From: Nitrospirales bacterium
Lineage (GTDB): Bacteria; Nitrospirota; Nitrospiria; Nitrospirales; UBA8639
DNA length: 64,000 nucleotides
Direction of reading: 5' to 3'
Assembly (NCBI GenBank): GCA_963555755.3
Contig: OY820905.2
Location: forward strand, 4,320,001-4,384,000
Both the position numbers and the translations under genes were made by a program. Positions 1 to 10,244 of the stretch are shown piece by piece; position 1 is the first letter of the stretch, and the number at the start of each line of letters is the position of its first letter. Below the pieces are notes generated by a model, which was not told the DNA's origin, ran no database searches, and was given only the letters and a program-made list of their open reading frames with translations.

Positions 1-990
1 TAGGGCATCATAGGCCCACACTTGGTTCACGTAAGGATAAGCATGGTTACCTTTAGAATTATCAACCGGATCGTTGCAGACATCAGCCTCCCCATAACAA
101 TATGTTCCTGTTCCATGTATCCCAAAAAAGAGTAAGCTTCGGCTGTCCTTGGGAAACACTACGCCTTTAATCTTAGTGGTACCATTGAAATAGAGATTGG
201 TTGTATCCCACTCACGAAGGGGGTCAGAGGATGGGTATTGAACCAGTGGAGTTGCAGGTACAGGTGATTGTTGCCCTACATTTGCTGGATCGAAGACAGA
301 AGCTGCAGGCCCATATGAAGTTCGAGATATGATCGAAAGACAGCAATTACCGGTAATGGCAGGACCACCGAAAGACGTTTGCCATTCTGGTGGGATATGA
401 GTCATATACCCTGACACAAATCCTGCGTTGTCTCCTACCTTATACATTCCTTCAGCGTCACCTTGGATTGAGAGATCTAATGAAGAGGAAAAATGGGAAA
501 GTGTTTGACTGCCGTTGGCATCATAGTAACTATAGGTAGCGCCGTAGAGCTTATTGTTGAATGCCAGCAGTCCCCCCATTTTAATGGTTCCAGAATCGAT
601 GGTGTACATCTTGCCCTCTGATGCATCAGTGAAAGGTTGAAGCACGGTGGCAATGGGAAGGTCTTCTTCTTGTGAAGTCACGAGGGGAGTGGGAATGCTC
701 ACTTCTGCCACCATTTGGTGATGAGAGTGTCCAACGATGAACAGAGAGTTGTTCAGCGGATGGTATTCTATCACTTCGCCTCCATAGGTGAAATTTGATC
801 CTCCAAAGGTACCTTTGGGCAGGATGAAAGCTCCTTCGTAGTCTAAGTTCTCTTGATAGAGTAAGGGGGCTGATTGTGGGTCAGCGGCATTGACGAAGGA
901 TGCCCCGATGTGGGCTTCCCAGAGAAAAAGGGTGCTCAGAAATATAATAAATTTCACGGCGCGGGGAAGAAAATGCGCGTTCGCTTTCAT
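1..990 (-). CDS. Secreted hypothetical protein (runs off left edge of window)
   Basis: Manual translation from ATG at 990 (RBS AGGAGG upstream): MKANAHFLPRAVKFIIFLSTLFLWEAHIGASFVNAADPQSAPLLYQENLDYEGAFILP..., with no stop to position 1 and a signal-peptide-like N-terminus. Absent from the ORF track because it is incomplete. Confidence 0.85.
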   Translation of the reverse strand, partial: MKANAHFLPRAVKFIIFLSTLFLWEAHIGASFVNAADPQSAPLLYQENLDYEGAFILPKGTFGGSNFTYGGEVIEYHPLNNSLFIVGHSHHQMVAEVSIPTPLVTSQEEDLPIATVLQPFTDASEGKMYTIDSGTIKMGGLLAFNNKLYGATYSYYDANGSQTLSHFSSSLDLSIQGDAEGMYKVGDNAGFVSGYMTHIPPEWQTSFGGPAITGNCCLSIISRTSYGPAASVFDPANVGQQSPVPATPLVQYPSSDPLREWDTTNLYFNGTTKIKGVVFPKDSRSLLFFGIHGTGTYCYGEADVCNDPVDNSKGNHAYPYVNQVWAYDAL

Positions 991-1026
991 AACGGAACCT
1001 CCTAAGATTAAAGCCTTGATCAAGAG

Positions 1027-2373
1027 TCAACTCAAGGATTGTGACTTCGTTTTTTGAAGAACGATTTTATCTCCGACTTTCCTGCCTATTGCATGAGTTG
1101 TGCGATGGTCGTGAATTTCACTTATCAGAGGTTCTTGTGCCCGACACACAAAGGTTGAAGTTTTCATTGGTCTCTGCATATTGATGAACCTGTCAATAGA
1201 AATAGAGCCTGGGCAGAACTGGTGTGGATTGGTGAAGTCAACTCCTTCGTTTACGATTTTCACGGGAATGTCCCTCATGATAATTTCTGTTGGCACATCT
1301 AGATAAATGTAATCTTGTTCTGTTCCAATGACCAGTGCTGTATCTAGTATGACCTCAATTATTTCTTTTTCTTTCGGAATTTGGTGGGGTGATTAGGTAA
1401 GGAATTCCAGGTATCCGACTGTCTTCTTCCCAATCACTGGCACCTTGTTTATTGTGGGTCGTTCACTAGAGCTCCATACCGTTTTTTTTCGCTGATACTG
1501 GCTCTCCTTTAGGCAGCCCGAAGTTACCCGAGGGCCGTTTGTATTCCAGTTCAGCTCCCAAGCCGACAATCCCCCCTTTTGGCCTTCACTCACCTAAAAC
1601 GCTTCAATATGTCGCAAGTCTTGGTAATACACTGGGCACAGGGATCGGTGATGCCCTCCTCCCAGGCGACACACCCTCATTTTTAAACAGCTGGCTAGGC
1701 TTCGAACTCCTCCTGCTTCTAAAGGTATGTTTCCCAGCAATCAACAACCAATTCCCCTTTTTGTTCAGCCCTGTAAATGGTGTTTCGTAATGCCAATAAA
1801 TCCCGGTGCCGTATGTTTCTTTGCCAGTATGGCCAAGGTTGGTGTTTTGGCCGTGCCAAGCATCTTTCAGATTCCGTCAAGCACTTCTGGAGTGGTGCCG
1901 TATTGTGCTGTGTCAAAAACGCCCTGACCATCAACGCGTAGATCTAAAGTCTGTTCCCCGACGATGAATGTTTGCGCTGAAGCGACTTAAAATGGGTGAA
2001 TTAATCGTCCCGACTCTCAGCGTACTGTTGGGTATGAATCGTAACGTTTCGCCCCTGAATTGTGTGTTCCTGAATCGCAACGTTTCATTGGACGCACTCT
2101 CTATCACATCGGCCTCGCTTGTAGACCACCGTCGGTCACATTTTGTTGGTGATTAACATCACCATCTTGGGGAAGACGGGCCGGATTCCATGTGGACGTA
2201 CTGGCCCATGCGCCATTTTGCGCGCTCTGGATTGTGTGATTCTGGGAGAAGTTTGGAATCGAATCGTGGTGTAATTGGAAAAAAGCAGGTCCCTGAGAGG
2301 CTGTGCTCTCTGTGACTCCGAAGCTAAAGCTTACGATGAGTATCAGAAATGATAATTGAATTAACCGTTTCAT
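1027..2373 (-). pseudogene. Decayed G8-domain-like secreted protein relic(s)
   Basis: Signal peptide plus 'HHDSIPNF...SAQNGAWASTSTW' (2104-2373), then shifted-frame pieces 'LRFIPNSTLRVGTINSPI' and 'FDTAQYGT...GTAKTPT', and a second similar piece 'EIIMRDIP...NPHQF...MKTSTFV' (1027-1296). Multiple stops and frameshifts. Confidence 0.5.
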
Positions 2374-2455
2374 GATTCGCTCCTATCCTGTATGCCGTGA
2401 GAAAGGCAGCGCTCGTATGTTTCTTCAGTTCGTTGAGCGCGCTAGTGGTTCACCC

Positions 2456-5400
2456 TTAATTTGGGATTACCTTCGTTCCTTCAAGAGAATAGGGACTTTC
2501 ATTGCCTGCAAAGTCTACCGCGGTGACCGTGAAATAATAGGTCCCTGGTGCTAAGCCAGTTATTATATAGTGAGGGGTATTCGGGGTACTGGTCAACCCG
2601 ACGTTCATACCCGTGCTGTACGACTGTGGTTGATTGCCGAAATAGACCCTGTAGTAGCTTAGGTCCGATTCCTGATTTTTTTGCCATGTCAGTACCGCGG
2701 TCCCCTGTGGTGGAGTGGGCGTGGTGACCGCTGTTTCGGGCGACGGGGCAGAGTTGTTGTCTGCGGCATCATGGGCGACGACGAAATAGGCATAGGTCGT
2801 GGATGGGGATAAATTGGAATCCACATAAGACAAATTGGACGTGGTGGCCAGAGGGTTGTTATCGCGGTACAGCGTGTAGCCAGTCACCGCGACATTATCC
2901 GTAGCGGCCGACCAGGTGAGGGTCGCTTGAGTCGAGGAGTCCACCACCGCCGATTGAATCATGGGGGTACTGGGTGGGGTCGTATCTGCGAGGGAGAGGG
3001 TTGTGCCCGTAACCGGGGCAGAGTGAGTAGACTCATTGTCCGCGGCGTCAAGAGCGGTCACCGAATAGGTGTATGTGGTAGACGGGGTGAGGTTAGAGTC
3101 TGCATAATTCCAGTTTGGGGTGGTTCCAACAGGCACCCCATCTCGATAGAGGGTAAAGGCCGTCGCGGTTCCCCCTCCAGAGCTTTGGGAAAGATGATAA
3201 TTTTCTGCCATAATATCGATAAACCAGTTAGCTTGGGCATCTGTGATATTACCCTCAAGTGTTCCCTGCTGGGCTGGAAGTGGACTGCGAACGATGATAG
3301 GAAAGTTAGTTAAATTGTCGGAAATGTTTACGGTGGTGGGTCCAAATCGATATTCAATTGACCAGTTCACCGAGTGATTCAGGCCTTCATGATAATAGAT
3401 GGTATTGTGTTGAACCTGAGAATTGAGAGCATAATTATTTTCAATGGCGGCGTCTGCCGGTTCTGTGAGAGCCAAGATAACATTATTTTCCACGAGTCCG
3501 TTTTGGTGATCATAGAGTACGTCGGCTCCGCCCCGTGAGAGCGTATGTGGCGAACTAAGCCCCAACGCAATACCTCGCCAACTGTCGACAATCAGATTCC
3601 GGCGAATAATGGTGTCAAGCGAGTTTCTCCAGACTAGGATTGCAGGCCCAGCCGGACCGGCTTCGCTTCGAATCCGACGAAACTCATTGTCGCGAATGAC
3701 CCATCCCTTCCCCGCGAGTATGTCCACCCCGTTTGTGTAGCTTGGCAGTGAGGTGCCAGTTCCTTTGGAGAATGTCGTATATTCGATGCGGGAGCAGGCC
3801 ACGAGACCATAGTCAGCGAATTTCCCGAGGGTGCCATCACCAGTGCTCACTTTCACAAATTGCTGTCCGGCATCCAACAGATGAACATTGTAAATCGTTG
3901 TTCCGGTAATGCCCTTTTCCCCTCGCACTTGAATGTTGTGATTGGTGGGCTGACTCAATGTCACGTCGGCGACTGTAAATTCATCTACATTGACTGAAAT
4001 ATTGTTGTAGCCTCCCTCGATGCGGACGGCCTCTCGGTTGCCGGAGGCGCTTCGGATGGTCAACCCAGGTGTTTTAATTTCCAGTGATTTATTCGATGGT
4101 AGTACATAGACTCCATCCTCTAATAGGAAAGTGGTTCCCGATTGGGCGGACGATATTTTTGACAAGAGGTCATTCACATCACCACTGGCAATGTTGATAA
4201 TTGGTTGGCCAGACTCGGGTTGTTCCATTGCCGGACAATATGCTGCCGCTCCAAGATTCACGGATGCCTCAACCCCGGCCAAGACATCTTCAGGGGCTGG
4301 GATCCAATTGATGGTAAGTTGTGAATCAGAATCAACCTGGACTGCCTGAATGGTTGGGGCCCCATGAGGGTCGGTGAATTCGGGAAGTGTCGTGACAGAA
4401 ATGGTTGAACTTGGGGAAGAAACGTTATTGGCGGCATCCTGAGCAACGACTGAATATCCATAGGTCGTGAACGGTGCCAAATTGGTATCCACATAGGTCA
4501 GATCAGGTGTGGTGTCCAGTAACGTATTGTCACGATAGATGGCATAGCCTGTGACGCCTACGTTATCGGTGGCCGGAGACCAGGTGAGGGTGGCTTGAGT
4601 GGAGGAGTCGGCCACCGCGGATTGAATGGCTGGGGTGCTGGGGGGGGTGGTATCTGGGAGAGTCGGTGTCGTAACAGAGGCGTTTGCAGAAGGGTCAGAG
4701 TTATTATCAGCGGCATCATGGGCCACCACGAAGTAAGCATAAGTGGTGGACGGGGAGAGCGTGGTATCGATAAACGTCAGGTTCGATGTTGTGGTCAAGG
4801 GATTGTTATCGCGGTAAAGGGTATAGCCGGTCACCGCGACATTATCCGTAGCGGCCGACCAGGTGAGGGTGGCTTGAGTGGAGGAGTCGGCCACCGCGGA
4901 TAGAATGGCTGGGGTGCTGGGGGGGGTGGTATCTGGGGGGAGAGCCGGTGTCGTAACAGAGGCGTTTGCAGAAGGGGCAGAGTTATTATCAGCGGCATCA
5001 TGGGTTACCACGAAGTAGGCATAAGTGGTGGATGGGGAGAGCGTGGTATCGATAAACGTCAGGTTCGATGTTGTGGTCAAGGGATTGTTATCGCGGTAAA
5101 GGGTATAGCCGGTCACCGCGACATTATCCGTAGCGGCCGACCAGGTGAGGGTGGCTTGAGTGGAGGAGTCGGCTACCGCGGATAGAATGGCTGGGGTGCT
5201 CGGTGGGGTGGTATCCGTGGAGTCGTTTCCCCCAGGGCTGAGTACTTCCACGGTCTCCCCAACATAGAGATGCTTTCTTGTAGCGCTGATATCCAGATCT
5301 TGCCAATCAATCATGTTACTCTTGTCCTTGCCTCGAATGATCCAGGCCGATGTGTTGGTGCCGCCTGTGTAATATACCGTTGTCATTCCCTTAGGCGCCC

Positions 5401-5746
5401 AGAACGTTAGAAACACGTCCTGCTCGGCCACCAAATCGAACGCAATGGGATCACTGGTCACCGTCTCGCCTGCTGGCACTGTCACCCCCGCGTCCCAAGA
5501 CCCGCCAAAGGTCACCTGCCGAAAGCTACTATCCACCCCATTAAGCGTACTGCCGTCCCGTTGCACCAGCGAAACCCGTTGCACGGTGTAACTGCCCGAG
5601 GCGCGCCCTTGAAGTGTCAGCTGGATGTTAGATCCTGTGGTGGTAATGGAGGCTCCGTCGAGTAATATTCGAAAACTCCGCTTGTCCCACCCGGAATTCT
5701 TCCAGGTCCCTTCGGGATTTTGGTCTGTGGCCGTCCACGCCACCAC
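2456..5746 (-). CDS. C-terminal part of giant fibronectin type III repeat / right-handed beta-helix surface protein
   Basis: 1096-aa ORF with repeated FN3 units (DTTPPSTP...LTWSAATDNVAVTGYTLYRD...Y.Y.VVAHDAADN.S), a parallel beta-helix-like segment and a terminal FN3. No signal peptide; it continues the upstream ORF in another frame. Confidence 0.85.
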   Translation of the reverse strand: MVAWTATDQNPEGTWKNSGWDKRSFRILLDGASITTTGSNIQLTLQGRASGSYTVQRVSLVQRDGSTLNGVDSSFRQVTFGGSWDAGVTVPAGETVTSDPIAFDLVAEQDVFLTFWAPKGMTTVYYTGGTNTSAWIIRGKDKSNMIDWQDLDISATRKHLYVGETVEVLSPGGNDSTDTTPPSTPAILSAVADSSTQATLTWSAATDNVAVTGYTLYRDNNPLTTTSNLTFIDTTLSPSTTYAYFVVTHDAADNNSAPSANASVTTPALPPDTTPPSTPAILSAVADSSTQATLTWSAATDNVAVTGYTLYRDNNPLTTTSNLTFIDTTLSPSTTYAYFVVAHDAADNNSDPSANASVTTPTLPDTTPPSTPAIQSAVADSSTQATLTWSPATDNVGVTGYAIYRDNTLLDTTPDLTYVDTNLAPFTTYGYSVVAQDAANNVSSPSSTISVTTLPEFTDPHGAPTIQAVQVDSDSQLTINWIPAPEDVLAGVEASVNLGAAAYCPAMEQPESGQPIINIASGDVNDLLSKISSAQSGTTFLLEDGVYVLPSNKSLEIKTPGLTIRSASGNREAVRIEGGYNNISVNVDEFTVADVTLSQPTNHNIQVRGEKGITGTTIYNVHLLDAGQQFVKVSTGDGTLGKFADYGLVACSRIEYTTFSKGTGTSLPSYTNGVDILAGKGWVIRDNEFRRIRSEAGPAGPAILVWRNSLDTIIRRNLIVDSWRGIALGLSSPHTLSRGGADVLYDHQNGLVENNVILALTEPADAAIENNYALNSQVQHNTIYYHEGLNHSVNWSIEYRFGPTTVNISDNLTNFPIIVRSPLPAQQGTLEGNITDAQANWFIDIMAENYHLSQSSGGGTATAFTLYRDGVPVGTTPNWNYADSNLTPSTTYTYSVTALDAADNESTHSAPVTGTTLSLADTTPPSTPMIQSAVVDSSTQATLTWSAATDNVAVTGYTLYRDNNPLATTSNLSYVDSNLSPSTTYAYFVVAHDAADNNSAPSPETAVTTPTPPQGTAVLTWQKNQESDLSYYRVYFGNQPQSYSTGMNVGLTSTPNTPHYIITGLAPGTYYFTVTAVDFAGNESPYSLEGTKVIPN

Positions 5747-8307
5747 CGGTGTCCCCCCCCGCCGCTCGTCACGGACATTGGGGCGGAAGGTGCTGACGTG
5801 TTGTTCATGGCATCATGGGCCACCACGGAGTAGGCATAAGTGGTGGAGGATGAGAGGGTGGTATCAATAAATTTCGGATTCGACGTTGTAGTCAGAGGGT
5901 TGTTATCGCGGTACAGCGTATACCCGGTGACAGCCACGTTATCGGTGGCCGCGGACCAGGTGATGGTAGCTTGGGTCGAGGAGTCAGCTACCGCGGATTG
6001 AATGACTGGGGTGCTTGGCGGGGTGGTATCTGGGGGAGCGGGAGTCGTGATTGATGTGTTTGTTGACTGGCCAGAGTTGTTGCCCGCGTCATCATGAGCC
6101 ACCACGAAGTAGGCATACGTGGTAGAGGGGGAGAGCGTGGTATCGATAAACGTCAGGTTCGATGTTGTGGTCAGTGGGTAGTTATCGCGGTAGAGTGTAT
6201 ATCCGGTGACAGCCACGCCATCGGTGGCTGCGGACCAGGTGACAGTGGCTTGAGTGGAGGAGTCCGCCACTGCGGATTGAATTTCGGGGGTGCTGGGTGG
6301 CGTGGTATCGGTGGGAGAGGTGTCTCCGATTTGATACTCCACATGGAGCAACGGGGCGGCACTGGAATGGCCATTATACGATTCAGCCACCCGTTTTCCT
6401 GTTCCGGTGATGAGTAAGGCCACGGCGTTGCCACTGGTCCACCCACCGCGGTTGACGAGTTCCTGCATGATGGCAGCCAGATTAGGCGTTTGTTGATCTG
6501 GCCCGGCCACCCCAACACTCGACCAGGGGGCTGGACTCCAATTCACAGAGGCTGCCGTGCGGCTGCGCGTGGATATATTCCCCGTCGCATCTCCAAAGGA
6601 TTCTGCCTGATCTGTGGCTTCACCTTCAATGGTGAGTGTGGTGGTGTCGGTGGAGACTTCATCTACTTGGAATTGCACCCAAGCATTCACAATCGTGGCT
6701 CCTTGAGGAATCGTGAGCCCGGCAAAGCGCATCCCGACGGTCTGATTCGTCGACGCCAAGACGAGTTCCAGGTCACTACTGTTCATATTCACGGCTCCCG
6801 TGGTGTGCTCTTCAGCATCATCAGACCCCGCTGCGACTCGCACGTCTAAGATTGTGATTTCCTCAGGACCTTTTGTGGTGACGGTGGCTTCTGTCGAAGG
6901 TGCAGAGTCGTTAGCCGCGCCATCATGGGCCACCACGGCATACGAGTAGGTGGAAGAAGGCGAGAGATTGGTATCGGTAAAAGTCAGATTGGGCGTAGTG
7001 GTGACCGGATTATTATCGCGATAGAGCGTATACCCGGTGACGCCGACGTTATCTGTGGCGGGTGTCCACGTGATGGTGGCTTGTGTCGAGGAGTCCGCCA
7101 CTGCGGATTGAATTTCGGGGGTGCTGGGTGGCGTGGTATCGGTGGGAGAGGTGTCTCCGATTTGATACTCCACATGGAGCAACGGGGCGGCACTGGAATG
7201 GCCATTATACGATTCAGCCACCCGTTTTCCTGTTCCGGTGATGAGTAAGGCCACGGCGTTGCCACTGGTCCACCCACCGCGGTTGACGAGTTCCTGCATG
7301 ATGGCAGCCAGATTAGGCGTTTGTTGATCTGGCCCGGCCACCCCAACACTCGACCAGGGGGCTGGACTCCAATTCACAGAGGCTGCCGTGCGGCTGCGCG
7401 TGGATATATTCCCCGTCGCATCTCCAAAGGATTCTGCCTGATCTGTGGCTTCACCTTCAATGGTGAGTGTGGTGGTGTCGGTGGAGACTTCATCTACTTG
7501 GAATTGCACCCAAGCATTCACAATCGTGGCTCCTTGAGGAATCGTGAGCCCGGCAAAGCGCATCCCGACGGTCTGATTCGTCGACGCCAAGACGAGTTCC
7601 AGGTCACTACTGTTCATATTCACGGCTCCCGTGGTGTGCTCTTCAGCATCATCAGACCCCGCTGCGACTCGCACGTCTAATACGGTGATATCCCCGGGGG
7701 GTTCTGTCGTGATGGTTGCTTCTGCCGAAGGGTCGGAGTTGTTATCCGCCGCATCATGGGCCACCACGGAGTAGGCATAAGTGGTGGAGGGGGAGAGTGT
7801 GGTATCGATAAATGTCAGATTCGATGTCGTGGTCAGGGGGCTGTTATCGCGGTACAGCGTATACCCAGTGACAGCGATATTATCGGTGGCCGCGGACCAC
7901 GTGATGGTGGCTTGGGTCGAGGAGTCGGCCACCGCGGATTGCATCGCTGGGGTGCTCGGAGGTGTGGTGTCCGGTAGGCCTGGAATAACCGTACTGATTT
8001 CATATCCGGGCAAACTCACATTGCCCGATTGGTCAACAGCTGTCAGCGTGAAAAAATACTCTTGTCCGCTTTGGAGCCCAGTGACAGTAATGATATTTTG
8101 AGGGTGTACAATGAAGAGAGGAGAATTCGGGGCATCGTAGTTCCCGGTCTGGGTGCCGAAATAGATGTAGTACCCATTGATATCTGGCTCGGAGTTTAAC
8201 TCCCACCTCAGGCTAACTTGTCCAGCCAAGACAGAGGCGGGAAAGAGAGTAAGAATGGTTGAAATAACAACGGTGTAAAATGCGCAGGCCACGCTTCGGT
8301 TCAGCAT
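5617..8307 (-). CDS. N-terminal part of giant FN3-repeat surface protein (signal peptide); frameshifted at G8 tract 5753-5760
   Basis: 896-aa ORF with signal peptide (…FPASVLAG), FN3 repeats and two identical ~175-aa 'VAAGSDDAEE' domains. The C-terminus after the poly-G looks like out-of-frame sequence. Confidence 0.85.
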   Translation of the reverse strand: MLNRSVACAFYTVVISTILTLFPASVLAGQVSLRWELNSEPDINGYYIYFGTQTGNYDAPNSPLFIVHPQNIITVTGLQSGQEYFFTLTAVDQSGNVSLPGYEISTVIPGLPDTTPPSTPAMQSAVADSSTQATITWSAATDNIAVTGYTLYRDNSPLTTTSNLTFIDTTLSPSTTYAYSVVAHDAADNNSDPSAEATITTEPPGDITVLDVRVAAGSDDAEEHTTGAVNMNSSDLELVLASTNQTVGMRFAGLTIPQGATIVNAWVQFQVDEVSTDTTTLTIEGEATDQAESFGDATGNISTRSRTAASVNWSPAPWSSVGVAGPDQQTPNLAAIMQELVNRGGWTSGNAVALLITGTGKRVAESYNGHSSAAPLLHVEYQIGDTSPTDTTPPSTPEIQSAVADSSTQATITWTPATDNVGVTGYTLYRDNNPVTTTPNLTFTDTNLSPSSTYSYAVVAHDGAANDSAPSTEATVTTKGPEEITILDVRVAAGSDDAEEHTTGAVNMNSSDLELVLASTNQTVGMRFAGLTIPQGATIVNAWVQFQVDEVSTDTTTLTIEGEATDQAESFGDATGNISTRSRTAASVNWSPAPWSSVGVAGPDQQTPNLAAIMQELVNRGGWTSGNAVALLITGTGKRVAESYNGHSSAAPLLHVEYQIGDTSPTDTTPPSTPEIQSAVADSSTQATVTWSAATDGVAVTGYTLYRDNYPLTTTSNLTFIDTTLSPSTTYAYFVVAHDDAGNNSGQSTNTSITTPAPPDTTPPSTPVIQSAVADSSTQATITWSAATDNVAVTGYTLYRDNNPLTTTSNPKFIDTTLSSSTTYAYSVVAHDAMNNTSAPSAPMSVTSGGGGHRWWRGRPQTKIPKGPGRIPGGTSGVFEYYSTEPPLPPQDLTSS
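6257..7680. repeat. Intragenic duplication: 6257-6849 = 7088-7680 (593 bp, offset 831)
   Basis: The sequences read identical by eye, and shadow ORFs 6490..6849 and 7321..7680 have identical translations. Confidence 0.9.
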
Positions 8308-8369
8308 GGGACTTCTCCTTTTGATCGGATGGCCCCATACTCCACGAGAGCGTGTGTGCTCTTCCCTTC

Positions 8370-8452
8370 TTTCGGTAACCCGGCTATCAGTTGTTGGTCA
8401 CTGACCCGTGGCTTTGCGTCCCCACCTTACGATGGGTTTGCCGTTGTCGAGA
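8370..8452 (-). ncRNA. Cyclic di-GMP-I (GEMM) riboswitch
   Basis: Minus strand reads TCGACAACGGCAAACCCATCGTAAGGTGGGGACGCAAAGCCACGGGTCAGTGACCAACAACTGATAGCCGGGTTACCGAA. It has the GGCAAACC, GNRA loop, GGGACGCAAAGCC and AGCCGGGTTACCGA elements of the class, ~65 nt upstream of the 8307 start. Confidence 0.88.
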
Positions 8453-8877
8453 AGGGGCCTGAAAAACTAAATAGTGTGAATGACTGTCATATGCACCTAT
8501 AATGAATGGGCGATCGAGATATCCTATTAATCGCACCTTATCGGATGAAAAATGACAGACTTTAACGTCATGTAGATAACCAACGTTCATGTAGATAACC
8601 AAAGTACATGAACGTTTTCTAAATGAATTAAATGAAAAATTAGTAGCGGTCAAAGATTATTTTGTAAAGGAGATTCATACATTTAGTGAAGGTTGGAAAA
8701 ACTTCATGTCTGCAATGGTGACAGGCTCCTAGGAAGCAAAAGGAGTGCAACTCGAAAAATCCGTATTGCTAATTTATATAAGTTTCAAAGTCCCGTTCCA
8801 CTTGAGCATTAAGAGCATGACGGAATATTGAGGCCTTTGCTGGCTTTTTGTGTCACACTTCGACTTCCACCTGAATC

Positions 8878-8895
8878 TGTCGAAAAATGGCGACA
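8878..8895. promoter_or_regulatory. Candidate enhancer-binding-protein site TGTC-N10-GACA
   Basis: TGTCGAAAAATGGCGACA palindrome ~140 bp upstream of an imperfect sigma54-like element (minus strand TTGCACTCCTTTTGCT, 8735-8750). Confidence 0.4.
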
Positions 8896-10042
8896 TCAAC
8901 CGTTATATCCCTCAAAGGTATAGATTTCCGCTTTTGATTGAGTGTTGGTTGTTTCTGGAATGAAGTACTCATAGGGCTTCCAATAGTCGCTCATCATGCC
9001 TTTAAGGGCGGCATGTTTCCCCATTTCCCCCTATTGTTTGTTGGTTCCAGCATCAAGCAGGAATTTTTTCAGACCTAATAGTAGGTGTGCATTTCCTCCA
9101 TTTCTATGATTTTGATGCCGGATCGCGAGCGAAAAGGTTTCAATGGATTCGCCGAAGGCCTTGATCCTGTGGTGCACCGACACAGGACTGCATTGCAAAA
9201 AATGGCCGCTCAAACGAACCCAAAGGCTTTCCAGGTACAACTCCGAGGTCTGGCGCTTGAAGGTCGGGGTTCTTGCCACGGAATCGTACGGTATGCCGAT
9301 ACTGGCACACCTTGCAAAGGTAACGCTGTCAGCTTTTCACCACACCATCTTTGACGCAATTCATCCCCACCCATTTCGAGCAACGCATCATACCGGATTC
9401 TGCACATGCGTGTGAAAGTGGAGGAAAACAATTTCTAAATTAGTTTGATAATACCAACTTTACCTGGGCGCAGCCTCCCAGCGTACTCAGTGGTCAGATA
9501 CAACTGGGATGCTGCTGCGAATTGCTCAAGGAAACTCCACTCCAAGGGAAAGGTGAAGCCTCGTACGACCTCAAACCTGAACGAGCCAAAGTACGTGTTT
9601 TCCTAACCGACCGACGATTGACGTAGATAACTTGATTGGATATCTGTGATCTTCACTTTTTTTACGTATAAGCACCCTTTCCTCTGCATGTTTTTCTACC
9701 ATCTTGTTTCTCATGAATAGAACTCGGTAAATCTTTTGTCGTTAGTATCAGAAGCACGGTCGGAAAAATTTACAAAAGTAAATTTCGTCTAACAGGCTGA
9801 ATAATTCAGCCTTTCTCGAACATTTTTATTTTTGGGTCAAAAAATTGTTGGAGAATTTTACAATTCTTAAATTAAAAATTTTGGTTTTAGAGTTCGAGAA
9901 TGATCGAACGACCGTGATTTTATCACGTACATTCAATCGCTTATAGAAATATTGGTTGGTATGGCGGCTTGGCGGTCTCGCAAGACTCGTCAAAACCAAT
10001 AAAGGAGTCAGGGAACTTTCACCTAGCGCCATTCACCCTTTT

Positions 10043-10082
10043 CCGGCGGTTCCTTCCACAGAGGGAACCGCTGGTTTTTTTT
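10043..10082 (+). terminator. Rho-independent terminator
   Basis: CCGGCGGTTCCTTC-CACA-GAGGGAACCGCTGG followed by T8. Confidence 0.75.
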
Positions 10083-10244
10083 GTGAGAAATGTTGATGTT
10101 GCCGGTGTTGTGATGTGAGGTGTCTTTAGAACGATCCTGTTGAAATGGGATTCCCACCCTGCAAGCTATCAGATGTATACTCTCCTTCAGGATGATGAAG
10201 AAAGAATGTCATGCAGAATTCTTATCGAAGGAGGTATCGAGCAA

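Noticed and set aside
9031..9431. Short overlapping ORFs upstream of the FN3 gene
   Set aside because: No recognisable family or clear RBS; possibly a decayed gene but not supportable.
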